The notes beneath the pieces are model-generated. The model saw nothing but the letters and a program-made list of their open reading frames with translations. It searched no databases and had not been told where the DNA came from. Positions 26,940 through 35,954 of a stretch of 64,000 nucleotides of DNA are shown here, one piece after another. Numbering within the stretch: the stretch's first letter is position 1; each line of letters starts with the position of its first letter. The position numbers were made by a program, and so were the translations under genes. This DNA is from Escherichia virus TH41. Location: the sequence record MT446412.1; one strand, given 5' to 3'.

Positions 26940-27170
26940 ATGTTTAATGAAGATTGCGTGACCACTTCCCTGACCGCTGAAGAGTTCTGGGAAACCGCTG
27001 AAAGTGATAAAGTGATTGTTAAGAAAAACATCAATGAATTTCTTTGCACCACTGATATCATTTATGTGTATGCGTATGAAGGCGCGGAATTACCTAGCTA
27101 TGCACTGTTCCGTGAAGAATCAGAAGATGGCACAGATTTTTGGAAGGAGACTTATCATGTTGAAATTTGA
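26940..27170 (+). CDS. hypothetical protein (76 aa)
   Basis: ORF with GAGGAGA RBS. Confidence 0.5.
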   Translation: MFNEDCVTTSLTAEEFWETAESDKVIVKKNINEFLCTTDIIYVYAYEGAELPSYALFREESEDGTDFWKETYHVEI

Positions 27171-27531
27171 AACTGATAAATGGTATTATTTTAAAGATAA
27201 TGTTGCTGAAAGCAGATTTCGTTTGTTATGCTCTGATAATGATAATATAGCTGATGCTATAATCAATGGTGAAGGATTTAGACCAGTCGGAATTGAAGGT
27301 GGTGATGTATATCGGATAGAATTTTCGACCGGTGGAATAGAGAGAATATTCATAAAGGAAGATGAGCGTCGTTTCTTTGAAGAAGAAAAAGATGACGATA
27401 CTGAAGACGAATGCGAAGACGCTGATGAAGCATTTGAACCAAGCGAATTCCCTTTGACTAAAATCACCATTTCTAATAACTCTGAAGCCTGGACCGTTTA
27501 CCAGATGTTGAAAGCACACTTTAAGGAATAA
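27157..27531 (+). CDS. hypothetical acidic protein (124 aa)
   Basis: ORF 27016..27531 with ATG at 27157; acidic C-terminal half. Confidence 0.5.
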   Translation: MLKFETDKWYYFKDNVAESRFRLLCSDNDNIADAIINGEGFRPVGIEGGDVYRIEFSTGGIERIFIKEDERRFFEEEKDDDTEDECEDADEAFEPSEFPLTKITISNNSEAWTVYQMLKAHFKE

Positions 27532-27532
27532 C

Positions 27533-27709
27533 ATGCCACTTTATGATTACAAATGCCAATCCAATGACTGCGCGAAAGAATACGAAAAAATCAAGAAAAT
27601 CTCTGAAAGAGATAATGATGTTTGCCCTGATTGCCATCGGCTGGCTGTTCGGTTAGTCTCGGCTCCTAAACATGTTAATGGCGGTTTTTACGACCTGCTG
27701 ACTAAGTGA
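27533..27709 (+). CDS. small zinc-ribbon protein (58 aa)
   Basis: MPLYDYKCQSNDC...CPDCH; two Cys pairs in FmdB-like arrangement; below the ORF-track cutoff. Confidence 0.4.
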   Translation: MPLYDYKCQSNDCAKEYEKIKKISERDNDVCPDCHRLAVRLVSAPKHVNGGFYDLLTK

Positions 27710-27715
27710 GGAATT

Positions 27716-27976
27716 ATGAAATACATTAATCGTTCTATTGCAGCACTGGTACTGGCGGTTTCATTGGCTGGTTGTACTGATGCAGATAATGCCATTCGTG
27801 TATTAGATGCAAACGGCTATGAGCAAATCCAAATCACCGGATATAATTGGTTCTCTTGCGGTAAAGATGATTTTCAACACACAGGTTTTACAGCCGTGGG
27901 CCCAACTGGTAAGAAAGTTGAAGGAACCGTTTGTTCTGGATTGCTGTTTAAGAATTCAACCATCCGATTCGAATGA
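27716..27976 (+). CDS. putative lipoprotein (86 aa)
   Basis: Signal peptide with lipobox LAGC. Confidence 0.55.
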   Translation: MKYINRSIAALVLAVSLAGCTDADNAIRVLDANGYEQIQITGYNWFSCGKDDFQHTGFTAVGPTGKKVEGTVCSGLLFKNSTIRFE

Positions 27977-27983
27977 GGATATT

Positions 27984-28382
27984 ATGTTTAAAATTGGAAA
28001 GAGTTATTGCATTAAAGATTTAGATGGCTTCCTTAAACATGTCGGTATGCCTGGTAGCATTTTGAACCAACAAGGAACCTCTATCATTGATTTGGTTACT
28101 ACCAAAGAGTTTTCAGTCACTAAGATGGAAGCAAATGTTGTTACGGAATTTAGTACTATAGATGGAACTGGATTTTCTTTCCATAGTCGTAATGGAACCG
28201 GTCTTATTTTTGGTGATGAATTTAAATATTTTGAAGAAGTCCCGGAATGTGATTCTGAAATAACCGAACAGGAATCAAAAGAGGATATCGTTGTTACCGG
28301 CGGCGATGTTATTATTACGGTTAAAACTGAAGCCGGCCGTCTACAAGCTATTAAAATGTTAGAGCAGCTTCGATTCAAATAA
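27984..28382 (+). CDS. hypothetical protein (132 aa)
   Basis: ORF 27807..28382 with ATG at 27984 after GAGGA RBS. Confidence 0.5.
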   Translation: MFKIGKSYCIKDLDGFLKHVGMPGSILNQQGTSIIDLVTTKEFSVTKMEANVVTEFSTIDGTGFSFHSRNGTGLIFGDEFKYFEEVPECDSEITEQESKEDIVVTGGDVIITVKTEAGRLQAIKMLEQLRFK

Positions 28383-28383
28383 A

Positions 28384-28401
28384 AGGCCTTCGGGCCTTTT
28401 T
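28384..28401 (+). terminator. intrinsic terminator (TTCG tetraloop)
   Basis: AGGCC-TTCG-GGCCT followed by TTTTT. Confidence 0.65.
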
Positions 28402-28425
28402 GCTTTAAAATATGTGACTTATAAT
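28399..28425 (+). promoter_or_regulatory. candidate MotA-dependent middle promoter for gene 39
   Basis: ttTGCTTtA, 12-nt spacer, TATAAT. Confidence 0.45.
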
Positions 28426-28447
28426 ACCTCCATACACAAGAGGAAAG

Positions 28448-30280
28448 ATGATGATTAATAATGAAATTAAAGTACTCTCGGACGTCGAGCATATCAAAAA
28501 ACGTTCCGGGATGTATATTGGTTCCAGTTCAAATGAAGCGCATGAGCGATTCTTGTTTGGTGAATATAAGTCTGTAAGCTATGTTCCTGGTATTGTAAAA
28601 CTGATTGATGAAATTATCGATAACTCTGTTGATGAAGCAATTCGCACCAGTTTTAAATTTGCCAATAAAATTGATGTTCAAATTAAAGATAATCAGATTT
28701 CGGTTTCTGATAATGGTCGTGGTATTCCTCAAGCAATGGTTACAGACCAAAACGGTGAACAAATCCCTGGCCCTGTTGCAGCATGGACTATTCCAAAAGC
28801 CGGTGGCAACTTCGGTGATGATGCTGAACGTAAAACTGGCGGGATGAATGGTGTCGGGTCTTCTCTGACCAATATTTTCTCTGTATTGTTCACCGGGATT
28901 ACCTCTGATGGAGCAAACGAAATTACTGTTAACTGCTCCAACGGTATGGAAAACAAAGGTTGGTCCACCAAGAAATCTAAGGGCAAAGGTACAACTGTTA
29001 TATTTGTTCCAGATTTTAGTCACTTTGAAGAAAATAGTCTGTCCCAGATTTATCTGGATATTACATTGGACCGTTTACAGACTCTCGCGGTTGTTTATCC
29101 GGATATTCAGTTCACCTTTAATGGTAAAAAGGTTGATGGTAATTTCAAGAAGTTCTCCAAGCAATTCGGAACCGAAGTTGTTATCCAGGAAACTGATACA
29201 GTATCAATGGCTTTTACGACCAGCCCGGATGGTTTCCGTCAGTTGACTTATGTCAACAACATTCATACAAAGAATGGCGGACACCACGTTGAATGTGTTA
29301 TGGATGATATCTGTGAACACCTTCAGCCTGCGATTAAGCGCAAATATAAAGGCATCGAGGTGACCAAGGCACGAGTTAAAGAATGCCTCACCATGCTTAT
29401 GTTCATCCGCGATATGAGCAACATGCGATTTGATTCCCAGACCAAGGAGCGATTGACTTCTCCGGCTGGTGAAATTCGAAATCACATTAAGATTGATGCT
29501 AAGAAAATCGCACAAGCTATTCTGAAAAATGAACCGCTGATTATGCCGATTGTTGAAGCTGCATTGGCTCGTAAATTGGCTGCAGAGAAAGCAGCAGAGA
29601 CCAAGGCGAATAAGAAAGCTTCGAAGGCCAAGGTGCAGAAACACATCAAGGCAAACGAATGGGGCAATGATAAGCTGGAAACGACTCTATTCCTGACCGA
29701 AGGGGATTCTGCAACTGGTCCATTTATCAAGGTTCGCGACCGTGAATTGCAAGGTGCTTATCCATTACGTGGTAAGTTTAAAAACACATGGGGTCTGAAA
29801 GCTGTTGAAGTTATGAAGAACGCTGAAGCCTTTGATGTGTGTGCAATTACTGGGTTAACGATTGGACAACCGGCCGAGAATATGAATTACCGAAACATTG
29901 CTATCATGACAGATGCGGATGTGGATGGTGTCGGTAGTATCTATCCATCGTTATTGGCGTTTTTCAGTAACTGGCCAGAGTTGTTCCATGAAGGACGAAT
30001 TCGCTTTGTGAAAACACCTGTTATTATTGCACAGCTCAAAGATAAACAAGAATGGTTCTATTCTCTTCCTGACTATGAAGAAGCTAAGGATAAACTTCCG
30101 AAGCACACCATCCGATATATCAAGGGGCTTGGTTCTCTGGAAGATTCCGAGTACAAACGCGTATTGCTCGAACCGGTATTCGAAGTTGTTCAATTGCCCG
30201 ACAACTGGAAAGAACTGTTCGAAATGCTATTCGGTAAAGATTCCCAGCAGCGTAAAGACTGGATGAATGCGACGCTATAA
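28448..30280 (+). CDS. 39: DNA topoisomerase II large subunit gp39 (GyrB-like), uninterrupted
   Basis: 610 aa; GHKL ATPase and TOPRIM blocks collinear with T-even gp39; no separate gene 60. Confidence 0.93.
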   Translation: MMINNEIKVLSDVEHIKKRSGMYIGSSSNEAHERFLFGEYKSVSYVPGIVKLIDEIIDNSVDEAIRTSFKFANKIDVQIKDNQISVSDNGRGIPQAMVTDQNGEQIPGPVAAWTIPKAGGNFGDDAERKTGGMNGVGSSLTNIFSVLFTGITSDGANEITVNCSNGMENKGWSTKKSKGKGTTVIFVPDFSHFEENSLSQIYLDITLDRLQTLAVVYPDIQFTFNGKKVDGNFKKFSKQFGTEVVIQETDTVSMAFTTSPDGFRQLTYVNNIHTKNGGHHVECVMDDICEHLQPAIKRKYKGIEVTKARVKECLTMLMFIRDMSNMRFDSQTKERLTSPAGEIRNHIKIDAKKIAQAILKNEPLIMPIVEAALARKLAAEKAAETKANKKASKAKVQKHIKANEWGNDKLETTLFLTEGDSATGPFIKVRDRELQGAYPLRGKFKNTWGLKAVEVMKNAEAFDVCAITGLTIGQPAENMNYRNIAIMTDADVDGVGSIYPSLLAFFSNWPELFHEGRIRFVKTPVIIAQLKDKQEWFYSLPDYEEAKDKLPKHTIRYIKGLGSLEDSEYKRVLLEPVFEVVQLPDNWKELFEMLFGKDSQQRKDWMNATL

Positions 30281-30283
30281 ATA
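30276..30283 (+). promoter_or_regulatory. late-promoter-like TATAAATA box
   Basis: Exact TATAAATA overlapping the gp39 stop, about 40 nt upstream of a small ORF. Confidence 0.35.
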
Positions 30284-30286
30284 GAT

Positions 30287-30306
30287 ACGGGAGAATATTC
30301 TCCCGT
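30287..30306. other. perfect 20-nt palindrome
   Basis: ACGGGAGAATATTCTCCCGT is fully self-complementary. Confidence 0.5.
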
Positions 30307-30322
30307 CTTATAGGAGAAGTCC

Positions 30323-30475
30323 ATGAAAAAGTGGTGGGTTACGTTGTCAAATGGCGAATACGGTTATCTGTGGGCCGATACTAAACCCCTGTTTGCATCC
30401 TTTGTCACCATTATGTGCGAGACCTGGGATGGTGAATACTATACCGCGTATGGGCAAGTCTATAAAGTTGAGTAG
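30323..30475 (+). CDS. small hypothetical protein (50 aa)
   Basis: ATG after GGAGAAG RBS; MKKWWVTLSNGEYGYLW...; followed by terminator. Confidence 0.35.
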   Translation: MKKWWVTLSNGEYGYLWADTKPLFASFVTIMCETWDGEYYTAYGQVYKVE

Positions 30476-30478
30476 CCA

Positions 30479-30501
30479 AAAGGACCTTCGGGTCCTTTTT
30501 T
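30479..30501 (+). terminator. intrinsic terminator (TTCG tetraloop)
   Basis: AGGACC-TTCG-GGTCCT followed by TTTTTT. Confidence 0.7.
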
Positions 30502-30551
30502 ATTATGTACAAGCCATAAAAATTGCGTTAAGATGTCCTTGAGGTGAAAAT

Positions 30552-30836
30552 ATGATTATGTCTGACGGAAGTTTAGTTAATCTACAGAATGTTGCTCGTT
30601 GTATTATGGAAGCAGGCCTGAGGAAGGTGCAGGAGCTCCCAGATAGCGACAGGAAGCGAAGTTACTTGTTGGCTGTAAGAGCATCAGCCATGAGCATTAA
30701 GGCTGGCCAGAAGGTTCCTGAGGAGCGAATTGAAGCACTCCTTGCATTGATATACCATGGCCAAGAACATAAAGCTACCATGCGTAGTATGAGAAAAATA
30801 TTACAGGAGATTGGAAATGACGAACTTCAAAGTTAA
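30552..30836 (+). CDS. hypothetical protein (94 aa)
   Basis: ORF with GAGGTGA RBS. Confidence 0.5.
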   Translation: MIMSDGSLVNLQNVARCIMEAGLRKVQELPDSDRKRSYLLAVRASAMSIKAGQKVPEERIEALLALIYHGQEHKATMRSMRKILQEIGNDELQS

Positions 30837-31020
30837 TATGGAACTGTTTGATAAGGCTATCCATAAAGAGTACCGTGTTATCCAACGATTTTTTGATATA
30901 AGAGAAGCTGAAGAGTTTAAAGAACGCTTCAAAGAAATCCGTATTAAAATAGCTTCAGACACCGCAACAAAGGATGAACTTCTTGAAGTTGCAGAATTAA
31001 TCAAACGTAACATAAAGTGA
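30817..31020 (+). CDS. hypothetical protein (67 aa; T4 rIIA.1 position)
   Basis: ORF 30811..31020; ATG at 30817 after GGAGA. Confidence 0.45.
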   Translation: MTNFKVNMELFDKAIHKEYRVIQRFFDIREAEEFKERFKEIRIKIASDTATKDELLEVAELIKRNIK

Positions 31021-31027
31021 GAAAAAC

Positions 31028-33262
31028 ATGATTTTAGAAACTGAAAAGGAAACAATCCTTGGTAATGGTGCCAAGGCATCAGCATTCACAATCCAGGCAT
31101 CTCCAAAGGTGTTTAAGATTCTGACCAGCGACCTTTATACAAACAAGGTGCGTGCGGTTGTTCGTGAGCTGATTACCAATATGATTGATGCTCATATGCT
31201 CAATGGTTGTCAGGATAAATTCATTGTGCAAGCTCCTGGTGAACTGGACCCACGTTTTGTATGCCGTGACTTTGGTCCGGGTATGAGTGATTTCCAGATT
31301 CGTGGTGATGAAAATACCCCAGGTCTGTATAACAGTTTCTTTGCATCATCCAAGGCTGAATCCAACGATTTTATTGGCGGCTTTGGTCTGGGCTCTAAAT
31401 CTCCGTTCAGTTATACAGAGACGTTTAGCCTGATTTCATATCACGATGGTCAAGTTAATGGTTATGTCGCTTATATGGACGGCGATGGCCCACAGATTAA
31501 ACCAACCTTTAGCGAACCAATGAAACCTGGTGACCGCACGGGGATTGAAGTTGTTGTCCCGGTTGATAGTAATGATTTTGGTAAGTTCCGCTACGAGATT
31601 GCATATATCATGCGTCCATTTGCTGGACTGGCTGAAGTGCAAGGCGTAAGCGAAATTGAATACTTCCCGGAATTTGATGATTATTATGCTCCAGAGCGTA
31701 TTAATTATAGCAGCCCAGAACGTTATGGTCTTTATGCAATTTACGGTGGAATTGTTTATCCAATTGCCGACGGTTATACAAAGAAAACCTGGATGACTGC
31801 CAAAAACGATGTTGTCTTTATTAAGTTCCCGATGGGTTCGTTGGATATTGCACCTTCTCGCGAAGCATTATCACTGGATAAACGTACGGTCGCAAATATC
31901 GTTGAACGTATTGAATCCCTTGATAAGAAAGTCATGGAAGATGATTGTAAGAAATGGCAGGAATCAGAATGTATCCGCCACACGTATCGCGAATTACAGA
32001 GTCTGAGTTATGAAGCTCGTAATTTTCTGAAAGCTCGTAATGCTGAAACGAAATTTACGAAATCGCAATTGACCTTTAACCAGATGTATGAAATGTTCGA
32101 GCTGGACAAAGACCTTATTAATGCCGGGGTTGTCTATGATATCTATAGCACTACCCGTCTGAAACGTCTGCGTAACTCAAGCTCGAACACGAATACTGCA
32201 AGTCTGACGAGCATGTTTGGTATTCAGAATAATACCTTGAACATTGTTATTGACGATGCTAAAGGGCGAATTGCGATGATTCGTGGTATCAGTTCAATGC
32301 TATATGACACCAGCGCGAAAGCCAAAAAGCTCAAAGCATCTGGTAAAGTCCCGACTGTACAAGGTAGTAGTCTATTGTTCGTTGACCCAACCAGCGAAAT
32401 TCAAACACGTCTGATGGTTCAACTTCAAGAACGATTTAAAGGCGATACAGTTAATATCTATCGTACGTCTGAACTGACCGCCCTTGTAAAAGACTGGATT
32501 CCGGTTGCTGACCCGAAAGCGCGCGTTAAGTCAAAGACTCCATCATTGATTCGTTGGACTAAAACTAATGGCAAATGGCAGTCTGTTGAAGAATTTACAT
32601 GTGCAGCTGATGCAGAGGAAATCGATGGTTATGCTGTATTCATTAACCGCAGTAGCATTTCCCCGTTGAATCAAGAATATGGCACCACGACCTTCGGGAC
32701 CCAGACATTGTGTAAACTGGCAAACCTGTTGGAAATCAATGAATTCTGTGTTATTCGTCCACAGCTTCAGAAAAAGATTACCAAGCTGGCGCAGTGTGAT
32801 TGTCTGATTGAAGCTGCAGTCAATCGTTATGTGGAATTGATTGATGCGGTTGATGCGGACCAGTACATTGCCGCTTCAAGCCGTTCGCGTTATTATATTC
32901 CTATCCTGTCTGAATATGCAGAACTGAATTTTATGTTCAAGTATTTTTATGCAAAAGATGTTCAGAAAGATGTGAATACTGACTATGCCGAATTAATGCA
33001 GTTCAATAAGTTCTTTGCTTATAACGCATATAACAGTGGAACAGTTGATAAGACCATGCAGGAAACTCTGGTCCTTTGTAATAAGATTTATGACGACCTG
33101 ACCAAAAACGCTTCGGTAACAAGCGATAAAATGGTTTTTGAATTTGAAAAGAATCACCCGATTGTTTCACACTTTTTATATAACCGTAACGCCATGTCAA
33201 CTGAACAAGTACAGAACGTTGCTCAAATCATGAAGGCCGTGGAAGCGGCCAATAAGGAATAA
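31028..33262 (+). CDS. rIIA: rIIA protein
   Basis: 744 aa; N-terminal GHKL-ATPase-like region; size and position as T4 rIIA. Confidence 0.9.
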   Translation: MILETEKETILGNGAKASAFTIQASPKVFKILTSDLYTNKVRAVVRELITNMIDAHMLNGCQDKFIVQAPGELDPRFVCRDFGPGMSDFQIRGDENTPGLYNSFFASSKAESNDFIGGFGLGSKSPFSYTETFSLISYHDGQVNGYVAYMDGDGPQIKPTFSEPMKPGDRTGIEVVVPVDSNDFGKFRYEIAYIMRPFAGLAEVQGVSEIEYFPEFDDYYAPERINYSSPERYGLYAIYGGIVYPIADGYTKKTWMTAKNDVVFIKFPMGSLDIAPSREALSLDKRTVANIVERIESLDKKVMEDDCKKWQESECIRHTYRELQSLSYEARNFLKARNAETKFTKSQLTFNQMYEMFELDKDLINAGVVYDIYSTTRLKRLRNSSSNTNTASLTSMFGIQNNTLNIVIDDAKGRIAMIRGISSMLYDTSAKAKKLKASGKVPTVQGSSLLFVDPTSEIQTRLMVQLQERFKGDTVNIYRTSELTALVKDWIPVADPKARVKSKTPSLIRWTKTNGKWQSVEEFTCAADAEEIDGYAVFINRSSISPLNQEYGTTTFGTQTLCKLANLLEINEFCVIRPQLQKKITKLAQCDCLIEAAVNRYVELIDAVDADQYIAASSRSRYYIPILSEYAELNFMFKYFYAKDVQKDVNTDYAELMQFNKFFAYNAYNSGTVDKTMQETLVLCNKIYDDLTKNASVTSDKMVFEFEKNHPIVSHFLYNRNAMSTEQVQNVAQIMKAVEAANKE

Positions 33263-33263
33263 T

Positions 33264-34238
33264 ATGTTTAATATCAAATGTATGTCTAAAGCCGAACAAG
33301 CTGATGTGGTCCAGATGTATTCAACGGGCAATTATACCCAGCCTGAATTGGCAGAATATTTTGCTGTGTCCGTTGACACCATTCGTCGCGTTTTGAAAAA
33401 TGATAAAGAATCAAAATTAGCTAAAACCATTTCTGCATCACTGAAAGCCGCTGTCGGGGTGGCGATTAATGCTCCGGTGACAGTAACGGTTGAAGTCCCG
33501 GTTGTTGAAGATACAATCGGCGGTAGCCGTCCAGAAATCGTATGGAACGCCTCAAGCAAATTCGTTTCCATCACTGAAGGTCGTACAGTCTGGAACGCAA
33601 CAAAAGACCATAAACACTTTGATGATATTATTCAGGCACTCAAAGAATCTCGTTTTGATGATGCTATCGAGTTTATCTCAATCAAAGCTGCAGTACAAAA
33701 ATATGTGAAAGGTGATGTGCGTATTGAAGGTGGTAGTTTGTTCTATCAGGGAATTGAACTGCGCTCTGGCCTGGTTACTCGTATCATTGATTCAATGCAA
33801 AATGGCGAAGACTTTGAATTCTATCTACCGTTCCTTGAGAATCTCCTTGAGAACCCGAGTGAGAAAGCCGTACAGCGTTTGTTTGACTTCCTGGTTGCGA
33901 ACGATATCGAAATCACCGAAGACGGCCATTTCATCGCATGGAAAATGGTTCGTGCAACTTACAAAGATTGTCACTCAAACACATTCGACAACAGCCCTGG
34001 TCAATATGTTAAAATGCCGCGCTCTCGTGTGAATGATAATGACGAACAGACCTGTTCAACCGGGTTGCATGTTTGCTCTAAAGGCTATATCGGAAGTGGT
34101 TTTGGTCATGGTGATGGACGCATCGTATCCTGTAAAGTTCACCCGCGTGATGTTGTAAGTATCCCGGTTGATTATAACGATTCCAAAATGCGGGTCTGTG
34201 GTTACCTGGTTCTTGATGATGTAACTGAACAATTCTAA
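33264..34238 (+). CDS. rIIB: rIIB protein
   Basis: 324 aa starting 1 nt after rIIA stop; size and position as T4 rIIB. Confidence 0.85.
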   Translation: MFNIKCMSKAEQADVVQMYSTGNYTQPELAEYFAVSVDTIRRVLKNDKESKLAKTISASLKAAVGVAINAPVTVTVEVPVVEDTIGGSRPEIVWNASSKFVSITEGRTVWNATKDHKHFDDIIQALKESRFDDAIEFISIKAAVQKYVKGDVRIEGGSLFYQGIELRSGLVTRIIDSMQNGEDFEFYLPFLENLLENPSEKAVQRLFDFLVANDIEITEDGHFIAWKMVRATYKDCHSNTFDNSPGQYVKMPRSRVNDNDEQTCSTGLHVCSKGYIGSGFGHGDGRIVSCKVHPRDVVSIPVDYNDSKMRVCGYLVLDDVTEQF

Positions 34239-34244
34239 ATTAAT

Positions 34245-34260
34245 CGGGGCTTCGGCCCCT
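34245..34260 (+). other. TTCG-tetraloop hairpin without U-tract
   Basis: GGGGC-TTCG-GCCCC after rIIB stop. Confidence 0.4.
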
Positions 34261-34271
34261 AATGAGGCTTT

Positions 34272-34469
34272 ATGTTAGGTTTCCAAGCACGTGTAGTTGA
34301 AGAACATGACCAGCTGGTTTTGAAAATCAATGCTCTTGAAGAATTTATTAAGGGCGGTGTTTTTGAAACTCTCGATGCTCGTCAACAAGGTCTTTTGATT
34401 GCCCAGTTAGATGCGATGGGCGCATATGCTCATATTCTGGCAACTCGTATCTCTTATTTTGGTGAATAA
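34272..34469 (+). CDS. hypothetical protein (65 aa)
   Basis: ORF. Confidence 0.5.
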   Translation: MLGFQARVVEEHDQLVLKINALEEFIKGGVFETLDARQQGLLIAQLDAMGAYAHILATRISYFGE

Positions 34470-34472
34470 ATT

Positions 34473-34793
34473 ATGATTAACTATATGAACGTTGGCGATG
34501 AATCTATTAATGAAATTCGGTTGCATGGTAATCATGTTGCGGATATTGTTTATTGTGTTGATTGTCATTATGCTTCTACAAAGTCAACTGGCCGGTTATA
34601 TGCGAGAGACATCATTCTTGCAACGAAAGAAGAACTTCGTAGTCTGGACCATTCTACTCTAGCCGAAAGTGCCAGAATTTATTATGGCGTCGTTCATGTA
34701 GACAAAGTTTATATTGGCAGTGATTATCAAGAGCAAGCTGAGCAAAATTCTTTGGATATTGTCGAAAAATCCGATATGTATTTTAAAGGATGA
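34473..34793 (+). CDS. hypothetical protein (106 aa)
   Basis: ORF. Confidence 0.5.
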   Translation: MINYMNVGDESINEIRLHGNHVADIVYCVDCHYASTKSTGRLYARDIILATKEELRSLDHSTLAESARIYYGVVHVDKVYIGSDYQEQAEQNSLDIVEKSDMYFKG

Positions 34794-34797
34794 GCTG

Positions 34798-35391
34798 ATG
34801 ATTCAGAAGAGTAAAACATGGGAGCATCTGAAAAAGATGCCCTCCTTTCTTTATACAAAGGAAGACTTAACCCCCGAATCCCTGCAAAAGATTGTAGATA
34901 CAGCCAGGTATTCATTGCGTAAAGACCCGGGTCAGGACCGTGAGCAAGTCATGCAAAGATGTATGGTGGCTACAATGGCTGAACAAGCTATTGCTAAATG
35001 GACTTCAGGTTTTTTATGTGGCGGTGATGAAGATTACGATAATCCTTATTCCTTTGCATTTGATGTAGTTTCGAAGGAAGGGGTAAGAATCGAAGTCAAG
35101 ACTCATCAGTCTGGTTCCAAATGGATATCCGTACATACTGGTCACCAGGGTGATTATCCACATGGTTACGGGGTTAATCTTGGCCCTTTTATGCAGCACA
35201 AGCTTGCTGACCTTATGATTATGTTTAATGTAAAAGAGACTCTCAAAGGTTATAGATTTAAACCAAAATTCCTTGCTGGGCCTGGTGCTTTCGTTCCTGA
35301 GTCTGGTCTTGTGCAGAAATCACAAGGGGATGGCTGGTACCTCCGTTCTTGTTCAGAAGAAAAATTTCCCTATCACCGGTTTACAAGCTGA
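34798..35391 (+). CDS. hypothetical protein with PD-(D/E)xK-like nuclease motif (about 197 aa)
   Basis: ORF 34714..35391 with ATG at 34798; FAFDVV...IEVKT resembles D...E-x-K; in the region where T4 has denB. Confidence 0.5.
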   Translation: MIQKSKTWEHLKKMPSFLYTKEDLTPESLQKIVDTARYSLRKDPGQDREQVMQRCMVATMAEQAIAKWTSGFLCGGDEDYDNPYSFAFDVVSKEGVRIEVKTHQSGSKWISVHTGHQGDYPHGYGVNLGPFMQHKLADLMIMFNVKETLKGYRFKPKFLAGPGAFVPESGLVQKSQGDGWYLRSCSEEKFPYHRFTS

Positions 35392-35403
35392 ACCAACTGT
35401 GTA

Positions 35404-35437
35404 ATAATGTCCTCATACCAACAAATGAGGACATTAT
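35404..35437 (+). promoter_or_regulatory. 13-bp stem-loop sequestering the RBS of the downstream ORF
   Basis: TAATGTCCTCAT-accaacaa-ATGAGGACATTA perfect stem; GAGGA Shine-Dalgarno lies in the 3' arm, ATG at 35439. Confidence 0.6.
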
Positions 35438-35438
35438 C

Positions 35439-35714
35439 ATGGAACACGTTACTACTCACAACATCAAACAAATTCTTATCCAAGCACTCAAAAACAACAA
35501 CATCAATTTTCCAACCCATGAAATTTTTGATGTAGCATTCAACGAAGTCCAGGGTCAAGTTGCATATTATGACGTTATCGTTTATCTTTCAGAATTTGAA
35601 GTCTACCACCTGACTGAAATTGCTTTCTATCTCTATCGTGGGACTGCAGATTTTACTGGGGTCGTGAATGCAGTTGGCGCATATAAAGAAGTTAAAGAAC
35701 AAATGCACAATTAA
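35439..35714 (+). CDS. hypothetical protein (91 aa)
   Basis: ORF 35349..35714 with ATG at 35439. Confidence 0.5.
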   Translation: MEHVTTHNIKQILIQALKNNNINFPTHEIFDVAFNEVQGQVAYYDVIVYLSEFEVYHLTEIAFYLYRGTADFTGVVNAVGAYKEVKEQMHN

Positions 35715-35724
35715 TTAAAAAGTA

Positions 35725-35754
35725 GTGTACATCAGTATGGAGTCTATGTATAAT
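35725..35754 (+). promoter_or_regulatory. early promoter cassette
   Basis: GTGTACA, 17 nt, TATAAT; leader CCATACTGAGTT. Confidence 0.6.
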
Positions 35755-35788
35755 GATTCCATACTGAGTTACCAAACTGGAGAATAAA

Positions 35789-35944
35789 ATGAAACCTGCT
35801 CAATATGCAATGACTTTATACCTTGAAGTTAATGGCGATATTACTGAATTTTTTAAATTAATGCAACAGCGCGGAAAAAGTTTTGCAGTTACTGAGCGTC
35901 AATTTTACGCTTGCCGTAAAAATACATACAATCGTTATGCGTGA
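35789..35944 (+). CDS. small hypothetical protein (51 aa)
   Basis: ATG after GGAGAA RBS directly after the cassette leader. Confidence 0.35.
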   Translation: MKPAQYAMTLYLEVNGDITEFFKLMQQRGKSFAVTERQFYACRKNTYNRYA

Positions 35945-35954
35945 GGAAAACAGA

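Noticed and set aside
28448-31027. Looked for a split gene 39/60 with a translational bypass
   Set aside because: gp39 is a single full-length ORF; the ORFs between 39 and rIIA are too small and unrelated to topoisomerase.
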